64,000 nt of DNA, from the NCBI GenBank assembly GCA_030536755.1, contig JAUNPJ010000007.1:2115-66114 (forward strand). Reading direction: 5' to 3'. This stretch comes from Eubacteriales bacterium (GTDB taxonomy: Bacteria > Bacillota > Clostridia > Lachnospirales > Lachnospiraceae). Shown here piece by piece: positions 33,773-42,302 of the stretch (the first letter of the stretch is position 1; every line of letters begins with the position of its first letter). The notes below the pieces were generated by a model. That model made no database searches and was not told the DNA's origin. It saw only the letters and a program-made list of their open reading frames with translations. The translations under genes were made by a program, and so were the position numbers.

Positions 33773-34609
33773 TTAACCTTCTATATAAAGACGAATAATC
33801 TCTAAATACTCCTCAGGATAGTATCCAATCTCACCCTGGAAACGTGTGAGCGCGATCAGTCCGCCGTCAATCTCATCAATAGAGGCAAGCATTGCTGCAT
33901 TATCCTGTTTTAATCCACCACCGTAGACAATATCCATACCGCCAGTCTTCTCTTTCACAAAACGGGCAATCTTGGTAATATACTCTTTTCCAGCCGGTGT
34001 TTTTCCCGGTCCAATAGACCAGATCGGTTCATATGCAATCACAACTTTAGAAGTATCGACATCTTTTAATCCAATCTCTAACTGTTTTCCAAGTACTTCC
34101 TGCCACTGCTCCTGCTCTTCGCTCTTCTCACCAATACAGTAAAGAACTGTCATTCCTCTGTCAATGGCGCATTTAATTTCCTGATTCAACAGACGATTAA
34201 CAGCGTCTGTATCGGTGACTCCTGCCTCAGCAAGAATCCCAGCTTTGTCATTTCTCTCTTCACAGTGACCAATGATCGTTGTCTCACAGCCTGCAGACAC
34301 CATAGCAGAAGCCGGTCTGTTGGTTGTGAATGCACCAAAATTTCCGCCAACTGCTGTGTCAGCTCTGTAGACACTCTGGCATCCGACTTTGATCGGACTT
34401 TCCTCTGTTTTTGCCTTCACAGCACTCAGCAGATGAGCCTCTGGAAAATACATACCGAATTCTACCTGGGAAGAATCGTATTTTTTCAGTTCTTCCTGTG
34501 TGTTCTTTACAATGAGCTCAGCCCATTCAGCAACCGGCGCAATGCGATTGACACCACCGAACTCTGTTGGAACATCAAATCTTTTTAAGTTCAGATAAAT
34601 ATGTTTCAT
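33773..34609 (-). CDS. Triose-phosphate isomerase family paralog (divergent, 278 aa)
   Basis: Catalytic-type motifs NLKRF (Lys), GHCEERN (His) and AYEPIWSIGPG (Glu). Confidence 0.7.
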   Translation of the reverse strand: MKHIYLNLKRFDVPTEFGGVNRIAPVAEWAELIVKNTQEELKKYDSSQVEFGMYFPEAHLLSAVKAKTEESPIKVGCQSVYRADTAVGGNFGAFTTNRPASAMVSAGCETTIIGHCEERNDKAGILAEAGVTDTDAVNRLLNQEIKCAIDRGMTVLYCIGEKSEEQEQWQEVLGKQLEIGLKDVDTSKVVIAYEPIWSIGPGKTPAGKEYITKIARFVKEKTGGMDIVYGGGLKQDNAAMLASIDEIDGGLIALTRFQGEIGYYPEEYLEIIRLYIEG

Positions 34610-34621
34610 AGAAATTCCTCA

Positions 34622-35773
34622 CTATTCTGCTTTTTTATAACGTTCTGCCATCTCATCTAAAGTAACAAGTTCTACCTTTGGTGCTTTTCCAAAGCTGCCA
34701 AATCTGACAATCAAAGTACCGACAACTTCTTTCACACCATCCTCAATGCACTTACAGATTCTTGCAACATCATCATCCGGCACATTTCCGTACATCACAG
34801 TATCCATGATTGGAGTGATGAACACACGAGGATCAAATGCAGATTTATTCTTCTCTAATAACTCGTAAATCTGACCAACCGATGCACTGTTTCTAAGCGC
34901 TGCGTCTTTTGCAAAGAGTTCTTTCATGTTTCTTGTAACTGCAAGGCGGATGTCCGTATCGACGTTAATCTTATTAATTCCGCAGTGGCTGACCTCGACT
35001 AACTGGTCTACATTGATACCAAATGCATTTGTAATCTCTCCGCCAAGCGCATTGATTTCCTCAACGATATACTGTGGAACAGTAGAAGAACCATGACTTA
35101 CAAGGTAACCTTCGATTCCCTCATGTCTCATGCACTCTTTGATCGCGATCGCAATTTCTTTGCGGATCACTGCATTTTTTCCTTTATTGGCACCATGCAT
35201 GGTGCCGTAACTGATTGCCAGTGCATCTACTCCTGTCTTTTTGAAGAACTCAATTGCATTTAATGGATTTGTATAAGTGCTTGTTGCTGCAAATACATGA
35301 TCTTCCACACCTGCCAGAACACCAAGCTCACCTTCTACGGTGATACCACGCGCATGTGCATACTTTACAACTTCACGTGTCAGCTCTACATTTTCCTCAA
35401 ATGGAAGGGAACTTCCGTCAATCATGACGCTTGTGTATCCGCCTTCAATAGCAGCAACGCAGGAATCAAAATTTTTGCCATGATCTAAGTGAAGCGCAAC
35501 TGGAATTTCACTATCTGTTCCGTATTTCTTTACAGCGTCTGCGATATTTTTCGCTCCGACTTTTTTATCTTCCAACGTAGCATTTGCAAAATCGGTGCGT
35601 CCGCCCATAAATCCATTTGCGAGATCCGCTCCCTGCAAGATTGCCGGACTTCTGAACATCTCATGAACATTGATAACAGCCTTTGCCTGGCATACAGCAT
35701 TTACATTAAATGCACCCTGTGCATAATCATTTTTGTCTGCTGCATCCAGAATCGCTCTCATTGGTACTAACAT
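34622..35773 (-). CDS. Class II ketose-bisphosphate (fructose/tagatose-1,6-bisphosphate) aldolase family protein
   Basis: Motifs VALHLDHG, EGELG, ISYGTMHG and SHGSS. Confidence 0.8.
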   Translation of the reverse strand: MLVPMRAILDAADKNDYAQGAFNVNAVCQAKAVINVHEMFRSPAILQGADLANGFMGGRTDFANATLEDKKVGAKNIADAVKKYGTDSEIPVALHLDHGKNFDSCVAAIEGGYTSVMIDGSSLPFEENVELTREVVKYAHARGITVEGELGVLAGVEDHVFAATSTYTNPLNAIEFFKKTGVDALAISYGTMHGANKGKNAVIRKEIAIAIKECMRHEGIEGYLVSHGSSTVPQYIVEEINALGGEITNAFGINVDQLVEVSHCGINKINVDTDIRLAVTRNMKELFAKDAALRNSASVGQIYELLEKNKSAFDPRVFITPIMDTVMYGNVPDDDVARICKCIEDGVKEVVGTLIVRFGSFGKAPKVELVTLDEMAERYKKAE

Positions 35774-35804
35774 AATTATCCTCCTGTTTTTCCTTTATGA
35801 TTGA

Positions 35805-36968
35805 TTAGTTAAATGAAATCATCTTTGGCAACTCTTCCCCGATGAGTGGTCTGCACCACTCCTTAAATGCCTCTGTCACTCCATTGCCTTCCTCATTGAT
35901 ATATTCATCCGGAATCGTTCTCTCATACATCATCACTTCATCGATATCTACGAAAAACGGTTCCATCACATATGGCTCTGTCGATACTCTTTGGAAAGCA
36001 ACCATCTTGCCGCTCTCACCGCGCATGACTGCCTCACATGCCATCCTGCCGGCAAGTTCCGCCTCCTCTCTGTCCACTTTGCTTTGAAGCGGAATGGATG
36101 CTCGTCCGAGCAGTCCCGGTTTTTCACTTCTGGCTTTGTATCCGAGTTTCTTGATGACAAGGTTTGCCAGATGTGCACTGACATCTCCAAAGTAGGTAGC
36201 ACGCCCAATCTCAAAGATTGGCTCAACAATTGGTTTCCCTTCTTTATCTTTTAATCCTTCACTTGCCACTACAACAATCCCGGATTTCTTCTCTAACAAT
36301 TTCTTGATATCCTGAATATACTGCTCTTCATCAAAAGGTCTCTCAGGAAGATAAATCAAATCAGGACCGACGCCATCTTCATCCATGGCCATTGCACTGG
36401 CTGCCGTGATCCATCCTGCATTTCTTCCGGATGCCTCAATGACAACTACATGAATGGGCAATCCTTTTACATCTGCACACACTTCTTTGACGCTCTGTGC
36501 AAGATAACGGGCTGCACTTCCAAATCCGGGACTGTGGTCTGTGATCGCAATATCATTGTCCATTGTTTTGGGAATTCCCATCACTTTAATATCCAGTCCC
36601 TGTGCCTGACATGTCTTATACAGTTTTCCACAGGTATCCATGGTTCCGTTTCCACCATTAAAAAGAACATACTTAATATTCTTTTTCTTCAAAACTTCCA
36701 CCATTTTTTCATATTCCGGCTGCTCCAGCTGATCTCTGGATGTCCCGATGGCACTTCCCGGTGTCTGAAGCAGTAACTCTAATTTTTCTTCCGGCACCTT
36801 CTCCATCTCGATCAGTTCTTCTCTCATCAGCCCGCCAGTACCATTCTTTGCTGCATAAATATGATCTAACTGGCTGTATTTCTTTGCCTCAGTAATTGCA
36901 CCATATAAAGAAGCATTGATTACAGCTGTAGGTCCGCCGCCATGCACGATTAAAATATTTTCCCCCAT
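35805..36968 (-). CDS. 6-phosphofructokinase family protein (atypical GGNG in place of the GGDG motif)
   Basis: Motifs ILIVHGGGPTAVINAS, VLFNGGNGTMDT and MGIPKTMDNDI. AGGAGG RBS precedes the ATG at 36968. Confidence 0.8.
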   Translation of the reverse strand: MGENILIVHGGGPTAVINASLYGAITEAKKYSQLDHIYAAKNGTGGLMREELIEMEKVPEEKLELLLQTPGSAIGTSRDQLEQPEYEKMVEVLKKKNIKYVLFNGGNGTMDTCGKLYKTCQAQGLDIKVMGIPKTMDNDIAITDHSPGFGSAARYLAQSVKEVCADVKGLPIHVVVIEASGRNAGWITAASAMAMDEDGVGPDLIYLPERPFDEEQYIQDIKKLLEKKSGIVVVASEGLKDKEGKPIVEPIFEIGRATYFGDVSAHLANLVIKKLGYKARSEKPGLLGRASIPLQSKVDREEAELAGRMACEAVMRGESGKMVAFQRVSTEPYVMEPFFVDIDEVMMYERTIPDEYINEEGNGVTEAFKEWCRPLIGEELPKMISFN

Positions 36969-37044
36969 AGCATCCTCCTGTTTTGTACTTCTCATTTCTA
37001 TAATTCGATTATACCCTTTTCCTCAAACAATTGACGCAATATTT

Positions 37045-37060
37045 ACGCAAACGTTTGTTA
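37045..37060. promoter_or_regulatory. Candidate LacI-type operator half-palindrome ACGCAAACGTTTG upstream of pfk
   Basis: ACGCAAACGTTTGTTA, with an adjacent TTGACGCAA box at 37031-37039. This mirrors the site at 53476-53504. Confidence 0.4.
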
Positions 37061-37070
37061 TACTTTTTCT

Positions 37071-38324
37071 TTATTTTCCAAGTGCATCAAACATCCATTT
37101 TTTATATGCCTCTACTCCCGGCTGGTCGAATGCATTTACTCCCATGATTTTGCAGGATAAATAACATGCAAACTGGAAGAAGTAAAATAACTGTCCAAAA
37201 TGATAAGCATCCAGTGCCCCAACTTCAAAGGTGAGACATGGGATTTTTTGACTGTGAGCTGCCACCGTTGCATGATATGCCGCTTTGTTAATATCCCAGA
37301 AATCTTTTCCGTCAAGATAATCAAAATAATCTTCTTTCGCATCCGACTCTACAACAAGAGACGCATTTTTCTGTACAACATCCAAAAATGTCTCAAACAT
37401 AATTTGTGATCCATCCTGAATAAACTGACCTACAGAATGCAGTTCCTCTGAAAATTCACTGGCTACCGGAAAGATTCCCTTATTGTCTTTTCCTTCACTC
37501 TCAGCAAAAAGCTGAATCCACCATTTGTAGAAATAACGGAACTGAGGCTCAAAACTTGCCAGCATCTCAACCCGATAGCCTTCTTCATAATAAAGATTGC
37601 GCAGACACGCGTACTGATACGCAATGTTTTCTTTTGCTTCCTGCGTATGCACAAGCTTCTGCATATCATTTGCCCCTTCCACCAGTGCCCGAATATCAAT
37701 TCCGGCAACTGCCATTGGAAGCAGACCAACATTCGTCATCGCTGTATATCTTCCCCCGACATTTAATGGAAATTCCAGAAATGTGTATCCGTACTTTGTG
37801 CAAAGTTGGTCCAGCGAACTTCCAACGGTTCCGGTTGCAATGATTCTTTTATGAGCTTCCTCTCCATAAGTTTTTTCCATATATTTTCTCAAAACACGAA
37901 AAGAGGATCCCGGCTCCAATGTCTCAAAATTCTTAGCAATGCAGTCAATATAAACAGATTTTCCCTCAAGTTTTTTCAGCATCCGTTTCATTGCATCGGG
38001 AGAAAGCGTATTACCTGCATAAATAATCTCCGGCGTGCCCTCGGGTTTGAGTGCCTCAATCACAGAACGAGCTGCATTGTTAGAACCGCCCACACCAATC
38101 AGTACAAAGGCATCTGCATTTTCTCTGATTTCATTTGCCAGTGTTTCCAGACGACAGAGTTTCTGCTCATCAGCCCACTCCTTCGTATCAAGCCATCCCT
38201 GACTGTCCGCATAACAGTTTTCTCCTGCCTTTGCTTCCTCAAGCAGTTTTTCATTTTTTTCAATCATGCGATCCAGTTTATTTTTCTGTTCTTTATTTTC
38301 GTTATGAATAATTAAATTTAACAT
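37071..38324 (-). CDS. pgi: Glucose-6-phosphate isomerase (short Firmicute type)
   Basis: 417-aa SIS-domain protein (FVLIGVGGSNNAARSV, GGRYTAMTNVGLLP). Confidence 0.8.
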   Translation of the reverse strand: MLNLIIHNENKEQKNKLDRMIEKNEKLLEEAKAGENCYADSQGWLDTKEWADEQKLCRLETLANEIRENADAFVLIGVGGSNNAARSVIEALKPEGTPEIIYAGNTLSPDAMKRMLKKLEGKSVYIDCIAKNFETLEPGSSFRVLRKYMEKTYGEEAHKRIIATGTVGSSLDQLCTKYGYTFLEFPLNVGGRYTAMTNVGLLPMAVAGIDIRALVEGANDMQKLVHTQEAKENIAYQYACLRNLYYEEGYRVEMLASFEPQFRYFYKWWIQLFAESEGKDNKGIFPVASEFSEELHSVGQFIQDGSQIMFETFLDVVQKNASLVVESDAKEDYFDYLDGKDFWDINKAAYHATVAAHSQKIPCLTFEVGALDAYHFGQLFYFFQFACYLSCKIMGVNAFDQPGVEAYKKWMFDALGK

Positions 38325-38406
38325 TTCTTATTGCCTCATTTCCTTTTCTATCTTTTCAGAAAAAAGGGGCCATCTATGCCCCTCCTTCTTTTTGTCATAT
38401 CTATGA

Positions 38407-39828
38407 TTAAAGGATCAGATCACTCTCTGAATTCTGAATGGACATCTGATCAAGTTTCTCCTGCATCTCAATTTCACCTTTGCGGGATAATGGGTAGAAA
38501 TACATAGCAATGATGGATGCGATATAACCAATGATCGGACCTATCGTACAAAGCAGTAAAATAGCTTTTAAGCATCCCGGTGTCTGTTGTGTCAGTTCAG
38601 CATTGTAACCTGTTGCGGAAAGGATTGCTCCTCCGAAAAACATGGAAAACGCCTGACAGCATTTATTCACAAACGTGAATGTTGAATTTACCAATGCCGT
38701 TCCGTCTACTCCCAATGTGATTTGTGCATAGTTTGCAGAGTCAAGTACTGCTGAACGGCTTAACATATTATTGAAGGTCCATGTAAATGTAACTGCAATG
38801 TAAGTAAACATGACAGCTGAAATTGCGTAAGATCCTTTCAATCCTGTAATGAGCATCGGAAGTGTCACTACGACAGCAAGTAACTCAATGAGAATGATTC
38901 CCATTTTTTTACCGGTCTTCTTTACAAACGGCTGAATAAATACAACCAAAGCAAAACCAATAATCGTAGATGCATATCCAATATATGTAATCAAATCTGT
39001 TCTTCCGCCCATGTTGTATTTAAAGAAATACATTCTTAAAGAATTGGAAATCTGATATGCAAACATATCCGTACCATATGCGATCAATACACATAAAAGT
39101 GCTTTGTTTTTGGTGATAACGGAAAATGTCTCTTTCAATGAGAATGCTTTTTTCTGTCCCTGTGTAGCTTTCGGCTGTGGATTGTAAACATCTACATCCT
39201 TTACAGACATTGCTGATAAAATAAAAATCACCGCACTGATCACACCAAAAATCAATGTGAATTTAAACCATGCACCTGCGTCATCCTGTCCGCCCAGTCT
39301 GTCAAGAATCGGAAGTGCCCATGCTGAAATAATCAGAGATGCAACAGATCCAAATGCCTGAAAAATTGCCTGGATTCTGGTACGTTTTGCAAGGTCATTT
39401 GTTAAGACTGCCGGCAGTGCAAGCTGCGGAATCTGAACAATTGTCCATGCCAGAGAGTAAATAATATAAGTTACGAATGCATATACGATTTTTCCGTTCA
39501 GGGAAAAATTCGGTGCCGTAAACAATAGCACAAACATGATTCCCAGAAATGGTGCACCCGCAATAATCCATGGACGGTATTTACCTATTTTTGTATTTGT
39601 CTTATCAACGATGATACCCATCAGAGGATCTGTAAATGCATCTACCAGTCTTGCCACCATGAAAATCAAGCCAGCCATAACTGCCGGGATTCCAAGAATG
39701 TTGGTGTAAAAATAAGTGATATAAGTTCCTACCATCAAAAAGATGATATTGTTCGCAAAGTTACCTGTACTGTAAAGCCAGTACTGCGCTTCTGTTGCCT
39801 TTTTCGTTGTCTGATTGTTTGTTGACAT
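38407..39828 (-). CDS. GPH family (glycoside-pentoside-hexuronide:cation symporter) MFS transporter
   Basis: 12-TM protein (FYTNILGIPAVMAGLIFMVARLVDAFTDPLMGIIVDKT). GAGGAGGG RBS precedes the ATG at 39828. Confidence 0.8.
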   Translation of the reverse strand: MSTNNQTTKKATEAQYWLYSTGNFANNIIFLMVGTYITYFYTNILGIPAVMAGLIFMVARLVDAFTDPLMGIIVDKTNTKIGKYRPWIIAGAPFLGIMFVLLFTAPNFSLNGKIVYAFVTYIIYSLAWTIVQIPQLALPAVLTNDLAKRTRIQAIFQAFGSVASLIISAWALPILDRLGGQDDAGAWFKFTLIFGVISAVIFILSAMSVKDVDVYNPQPKATQGQKKAFSLKETFSVITKNKALLCVLIAYGTDMFAYQISNSLRMYFFKYNMGGRTDLITYIGYASTIIGFALVVFIQPFVKKTGKKMGIILIELLAVVVTLPMLITGLKGSYAISAVMFTYIAVTFTWTFNNMLSRSAVLDSANYAQITLGVDGTALVNSTFTFVNKCCQAFSMFFGGAILSATGYNAELTQQTPGCLKAILLLCTIGPIIGYIASIIAMYFYPLSRKGEIEMQEKLDQMSIQNSESDLIL

Positions 39829-39851
39829 TATCTTTGCCCTCCTCTTATTAT

Positions 39852-39864
39852 TTAAAACTTTTAA
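39852..39864. promoter_or_regulatory. Palindromic box TTAAAACTTTTAA (copy 1) in the GPH transporter 5' UTR
   Basis: Exact 13-bp palindrome. Identical copies lie at 39936-39948 and 44818-44830. Confidence 0.4.
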
Positions 39865-39935
39865 GTATGTAGTTTTAAAAAAAGTACCTCCGTCCCTATT
39901 CAAAAGTACAATCTGTGTTTAAAACCTCTATTTTG

Positions 39936-39948
39936 TTAAAACTTTTAA
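39936..39948. promoter_or_regulatory. Palindromic box TTAAAACTTTTAA (copy 2) upstream of the GPH transporter
   Basis: Exact repeat of the 13-bp palindrome, 84 bp from copy 1. Confidence 0.4.
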
Positions 39949-39960
39949 TAATTATATTAT

Positions 39961-40011
39961 AAAGAAAATGCTCATATTTATCAATTGACAAATATTACAA
40001 ATATGAGCATT
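39961..40011 (-). terminator. Intrinsic terminator after the ROK regulator gene
   Basis: 13-bp stem AATGCTCATATTT (39967-39979) pairs with AAATATGAGCATT (39999-40011). The minus-sense hairpin is followed by TTTTCTTT. Confidence 0.7.
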
Positions 40012-40039
40012 CATTTTTGTCGCTATTTACTTAAATTTT

Positions 40040-41242
40040 TTAACTATCTAAGAATTTTTCACGAATCACGAAGTATCCTGCTCCTTTTGCACCTCTGAGC
40101 GGGCTGTATTTCTCAAAAACAATCTGCACCTCTTCTTCGTTCAATCCAAAAAAACAGCTTTTTGCTGACTGAATCAATGTGAGGCAATTCTTCTCATTGC
40201 AAAATAAACAGCTGTCCACCACAACATATCCGGGATTGATTAGATTGACCACATTTGCCAGTGCGATTCCCAGATATTCGATTGCCTGGTCAATAATCTG
40301 ATTGACCTCCTTCTGTCCAGTTTCCTGAATCGCCAAAATCTGCTGCATGGTCAGATGCCCTTCCTTTCGCATCATCTCCTGCAATTCCGGCAGCCTTCCA
40401 TTCAGCATTGCTTCCTGACATTTTTCAAAAATTGCCCGTTCACTGCCCAGGTCATCTACACATTTCTGTTCTTCTTTTCCATCTGTGCACACACGAATGA
40501 CCGTATGCCCGATTTCCCCTGCTCCTGCTGTATATCCCGCAACCACATCCTCTTTCAGCATCAGTGGGCAGGCTACACCTTTCGATACAAAAAAATATGC
40601 AAAGGAATCCGGCTTTGTTCCACGCATACTCATCTCATGTCCAACAGCACGCAGGCGGACGTTATTATCAATCAGAACAGGAAGCCCTACTCTCTCCTGA
40701 AGATCCTTTGCCAGATTTTTTCCAATCCAGTCTTTTCTCATATTGCTGCGAACAATTCCATTCTCACGATCAATAAATCCCGGCAAGCCCACGCCAACCC
40801 CAAGCAATGTTCTTCCCTCTGCCTTTCTCATCTGACCTTCGATGATATTCGTAACTTTTTCCAGCATCCCTTCATAGTTTTCAGCAGCCCGCTCATGTTC
40901 TGAAGATTCCAAGACTTCTCCTTTTAAATCCATCAGTACTGCGCGTGTTGCATATGGTCCAAGTTCCACGCCAATCACATACGCCGCATCCGCACGAAAT
41001 GCAATCGCATTCGGCCTGCGTCCCATACTGTTCATCAACTGCCCCTCGGCGATGGGGATTTCCTCTAAAATCCCCTCCCCAAGCATCTCGTTTACACTTG
41101 TTGTGATTGTAGGAAGTGTCAGTCCAAGTTCCTCTGCAATTGCAGTTCGTGTAGCATTTTCCATACGAAAAATCATATTTTTTATCAATACACGATTCCT
41201 TCTCCGTGTCTCTAATAAACTATTGCCTTTTTTCCCCGCCAT
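40040..41242 (-). CDS. ROK family transcriptional regulator (NagC/XylR type, N-terminal HTH + sugar-kinase fold)
   Basis: 400 aa. HTH region RTAIAEELGLTLPTITTSVNEML and ROK core GVGVGLPGFID...GEIGH. Confidence 0.8.
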   Translation of the reverse strand: MAGKKGNSLLETRRRNRVLIKNMIFRMENATRTAIAEELGLTLPTITTSVNEMLGEGILEEIPIAEGQLMNSMGRRPNAIAFRADAAYVIGVELGPYATRAVLMDLKGEVLESSEHERAAENYEGMLEKVTNIIEGQMRKAEGRTLLGVGVGLPGFIDRENGIVRSNMRKDWIGKNLAKDLQERVGLPVLIDNNVRLRAVGHEMSMRGTKPDSFAYFFVSKGVACPLMLKEDVVAGYTAGAGEIGHTVIRVCTDGKEEQKCVDDLGSERAIFEKCQEAMLNGRLPELQEMMRKEGHLTMQQILAIQETGQKEVNQIIDQAIEYLGIALANVVNLINPGYVVVDSCLFCNEKNCLTLIQSAKSCFFGLNEEEVQIVFEKYSPLRGAKGAGYFVIREKFLDS

Positions 41243-41332
41243 ACGATTTTCTCCATTATCTTAAAACATTTTATAATTATAATCGTCTGATAAATATTAT
41301 AATACATTTCATGGCGTTTCGACAAACTATTT

Positions 41333-42193
41333 TTAGCTCTGTTCGATCAGCATTGCACGCAAAACTCCAACACATGCATATTCACGCTTTCCTGCACCCA
41401 TGCCGATTTTTTTGATCGTAAACGTTTCAGGAAGTTCTTTGTCCGTGCATAAAGCCGCCGCAATGGCTGCTCCTGTTGGTGTCACAAGCTCTCCTTCAAC
41501 CTGGGTGATATGCAGAGGAAGCTGATGTGCTGACACAACATTGGCTACTGCCGGAACCGGGATCGGAAGCAGGCCATGCTGACACCGTACCATACCTCTT
41601 CCCTCATTCAGCTGTGTGACATAGACTTTTGAAAGATTAAGATTATCTGCACACACTGCTGCCGCTGCAATATCTACAATAGAATCCACCGCACCCACTT
41701 CATGAAAATGTACCTGTTCCAGTGATACTCCATGCGCTTTTGCCTCCGCCTCAGACAAAATCCGGATGATTTTTTGCGCAATTTCCTTTGCATGCTCACT
41801 CATACAAGAATGTTCGATGATATGCAGGATGTCTTTTGGCCCGCGATGTTCATGAGAATGATGCGTATGTCCGTGGTCATGAAGATGTTTTTTTGTCTGG
41901 TTGTGTTCATGTCCATGAGGATGATTTTCTTCGCTGTGCGCATGTGCCTGTCCATGCAGATATTCCATATCATGATCATGATTCTCATGCTCAGCATCCA
42001 GAATCACAGCAAAGTCACAGGCATCCAGCCCGGATTTTTTGACTCTGCTGATTTTTGTTGTAAAACCTTTGACAGGAAGACTCTCAAGCACTTCCTTTAA
42101 TTTCTTTTCATCTGCACCGAGATCCAGCATAGCTGCTACAAACATATCTCCACTGATTCCAGATCCGCACTCCAAATATAAACTGTTTCCCAT
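41333..42193 (-). CDS. larC: LarC N-terminal (LarC1-like, DUF111) nickel insertion protein with a His-rich insert; C-terminal domain absent
   Basis: N-terminus MGNSLYLECGSGISGDMFVAAMLDLGAD, a His-rich run HENHDHDMEYLHGQAHAHSEENHPHGHEHNQTKKHLHDHGHTHHSHEH, and HFHEVGAVDSIVD. It stops after GVLRAMLIEQS at 286 aa. Confidence 0.7.
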   Translation of the reverse strand: MGNSLYLECGSGISGDMFVAAMLDLGADEKKLKEVLESLPVKGFTTKISRVKKSGLDACDFAVILDAEHENHDHDMEYLHGQAHAHSEENHPHGHEHNQTKKHLHDHGHTHHSHEHRGPKDILHIIEHSCMSEHAKEIAQKIIRILSEAEAKAHGVSLEQVHFHEVGAVDSIVDIAAAAVCADNLNLSKVYVTQLNEGRGMVRCQHGLLPIPVPAVANVVSAHQLPLHITQVEGELVTPTGAAIAAALCTDKELPETFTIKKIGMGAGKREYACVGVLRAMLIEQS

Positions 42194-42251
42194 TTCCTGT
42201 ATTCTCCTGTCTGTTTTCTATATTCTCTGTTCATTATACTATATTTTACGC

Positions 42252-42288
42252 AAAAAAGGACGCAAACTATACTCAAACGTTTGCGTCC
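42252..42288 (-). terminator. Intrinsic terminator after the GH3 gene (bidirectional shape)
   Basis: GGACGCAAAC (42258-42267) pairs with GTTTGCGTCC (42279-42288). T-runs are present on both strands. Confidence 0.75.
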
Positions 42289-42302
42289 TTTTCTCTTTTT
42301 TA

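Noticed and set aside
42274-42286. Third CAAACGTTTGCGT site as an independent operator
   Set aside because: It forms one arm and part of the loop of the GH3 terminator hairpin (GGACGCAAAC/GTTTGCGTCC). Its presence may be structural, so it is mentioned only as a possible related site.
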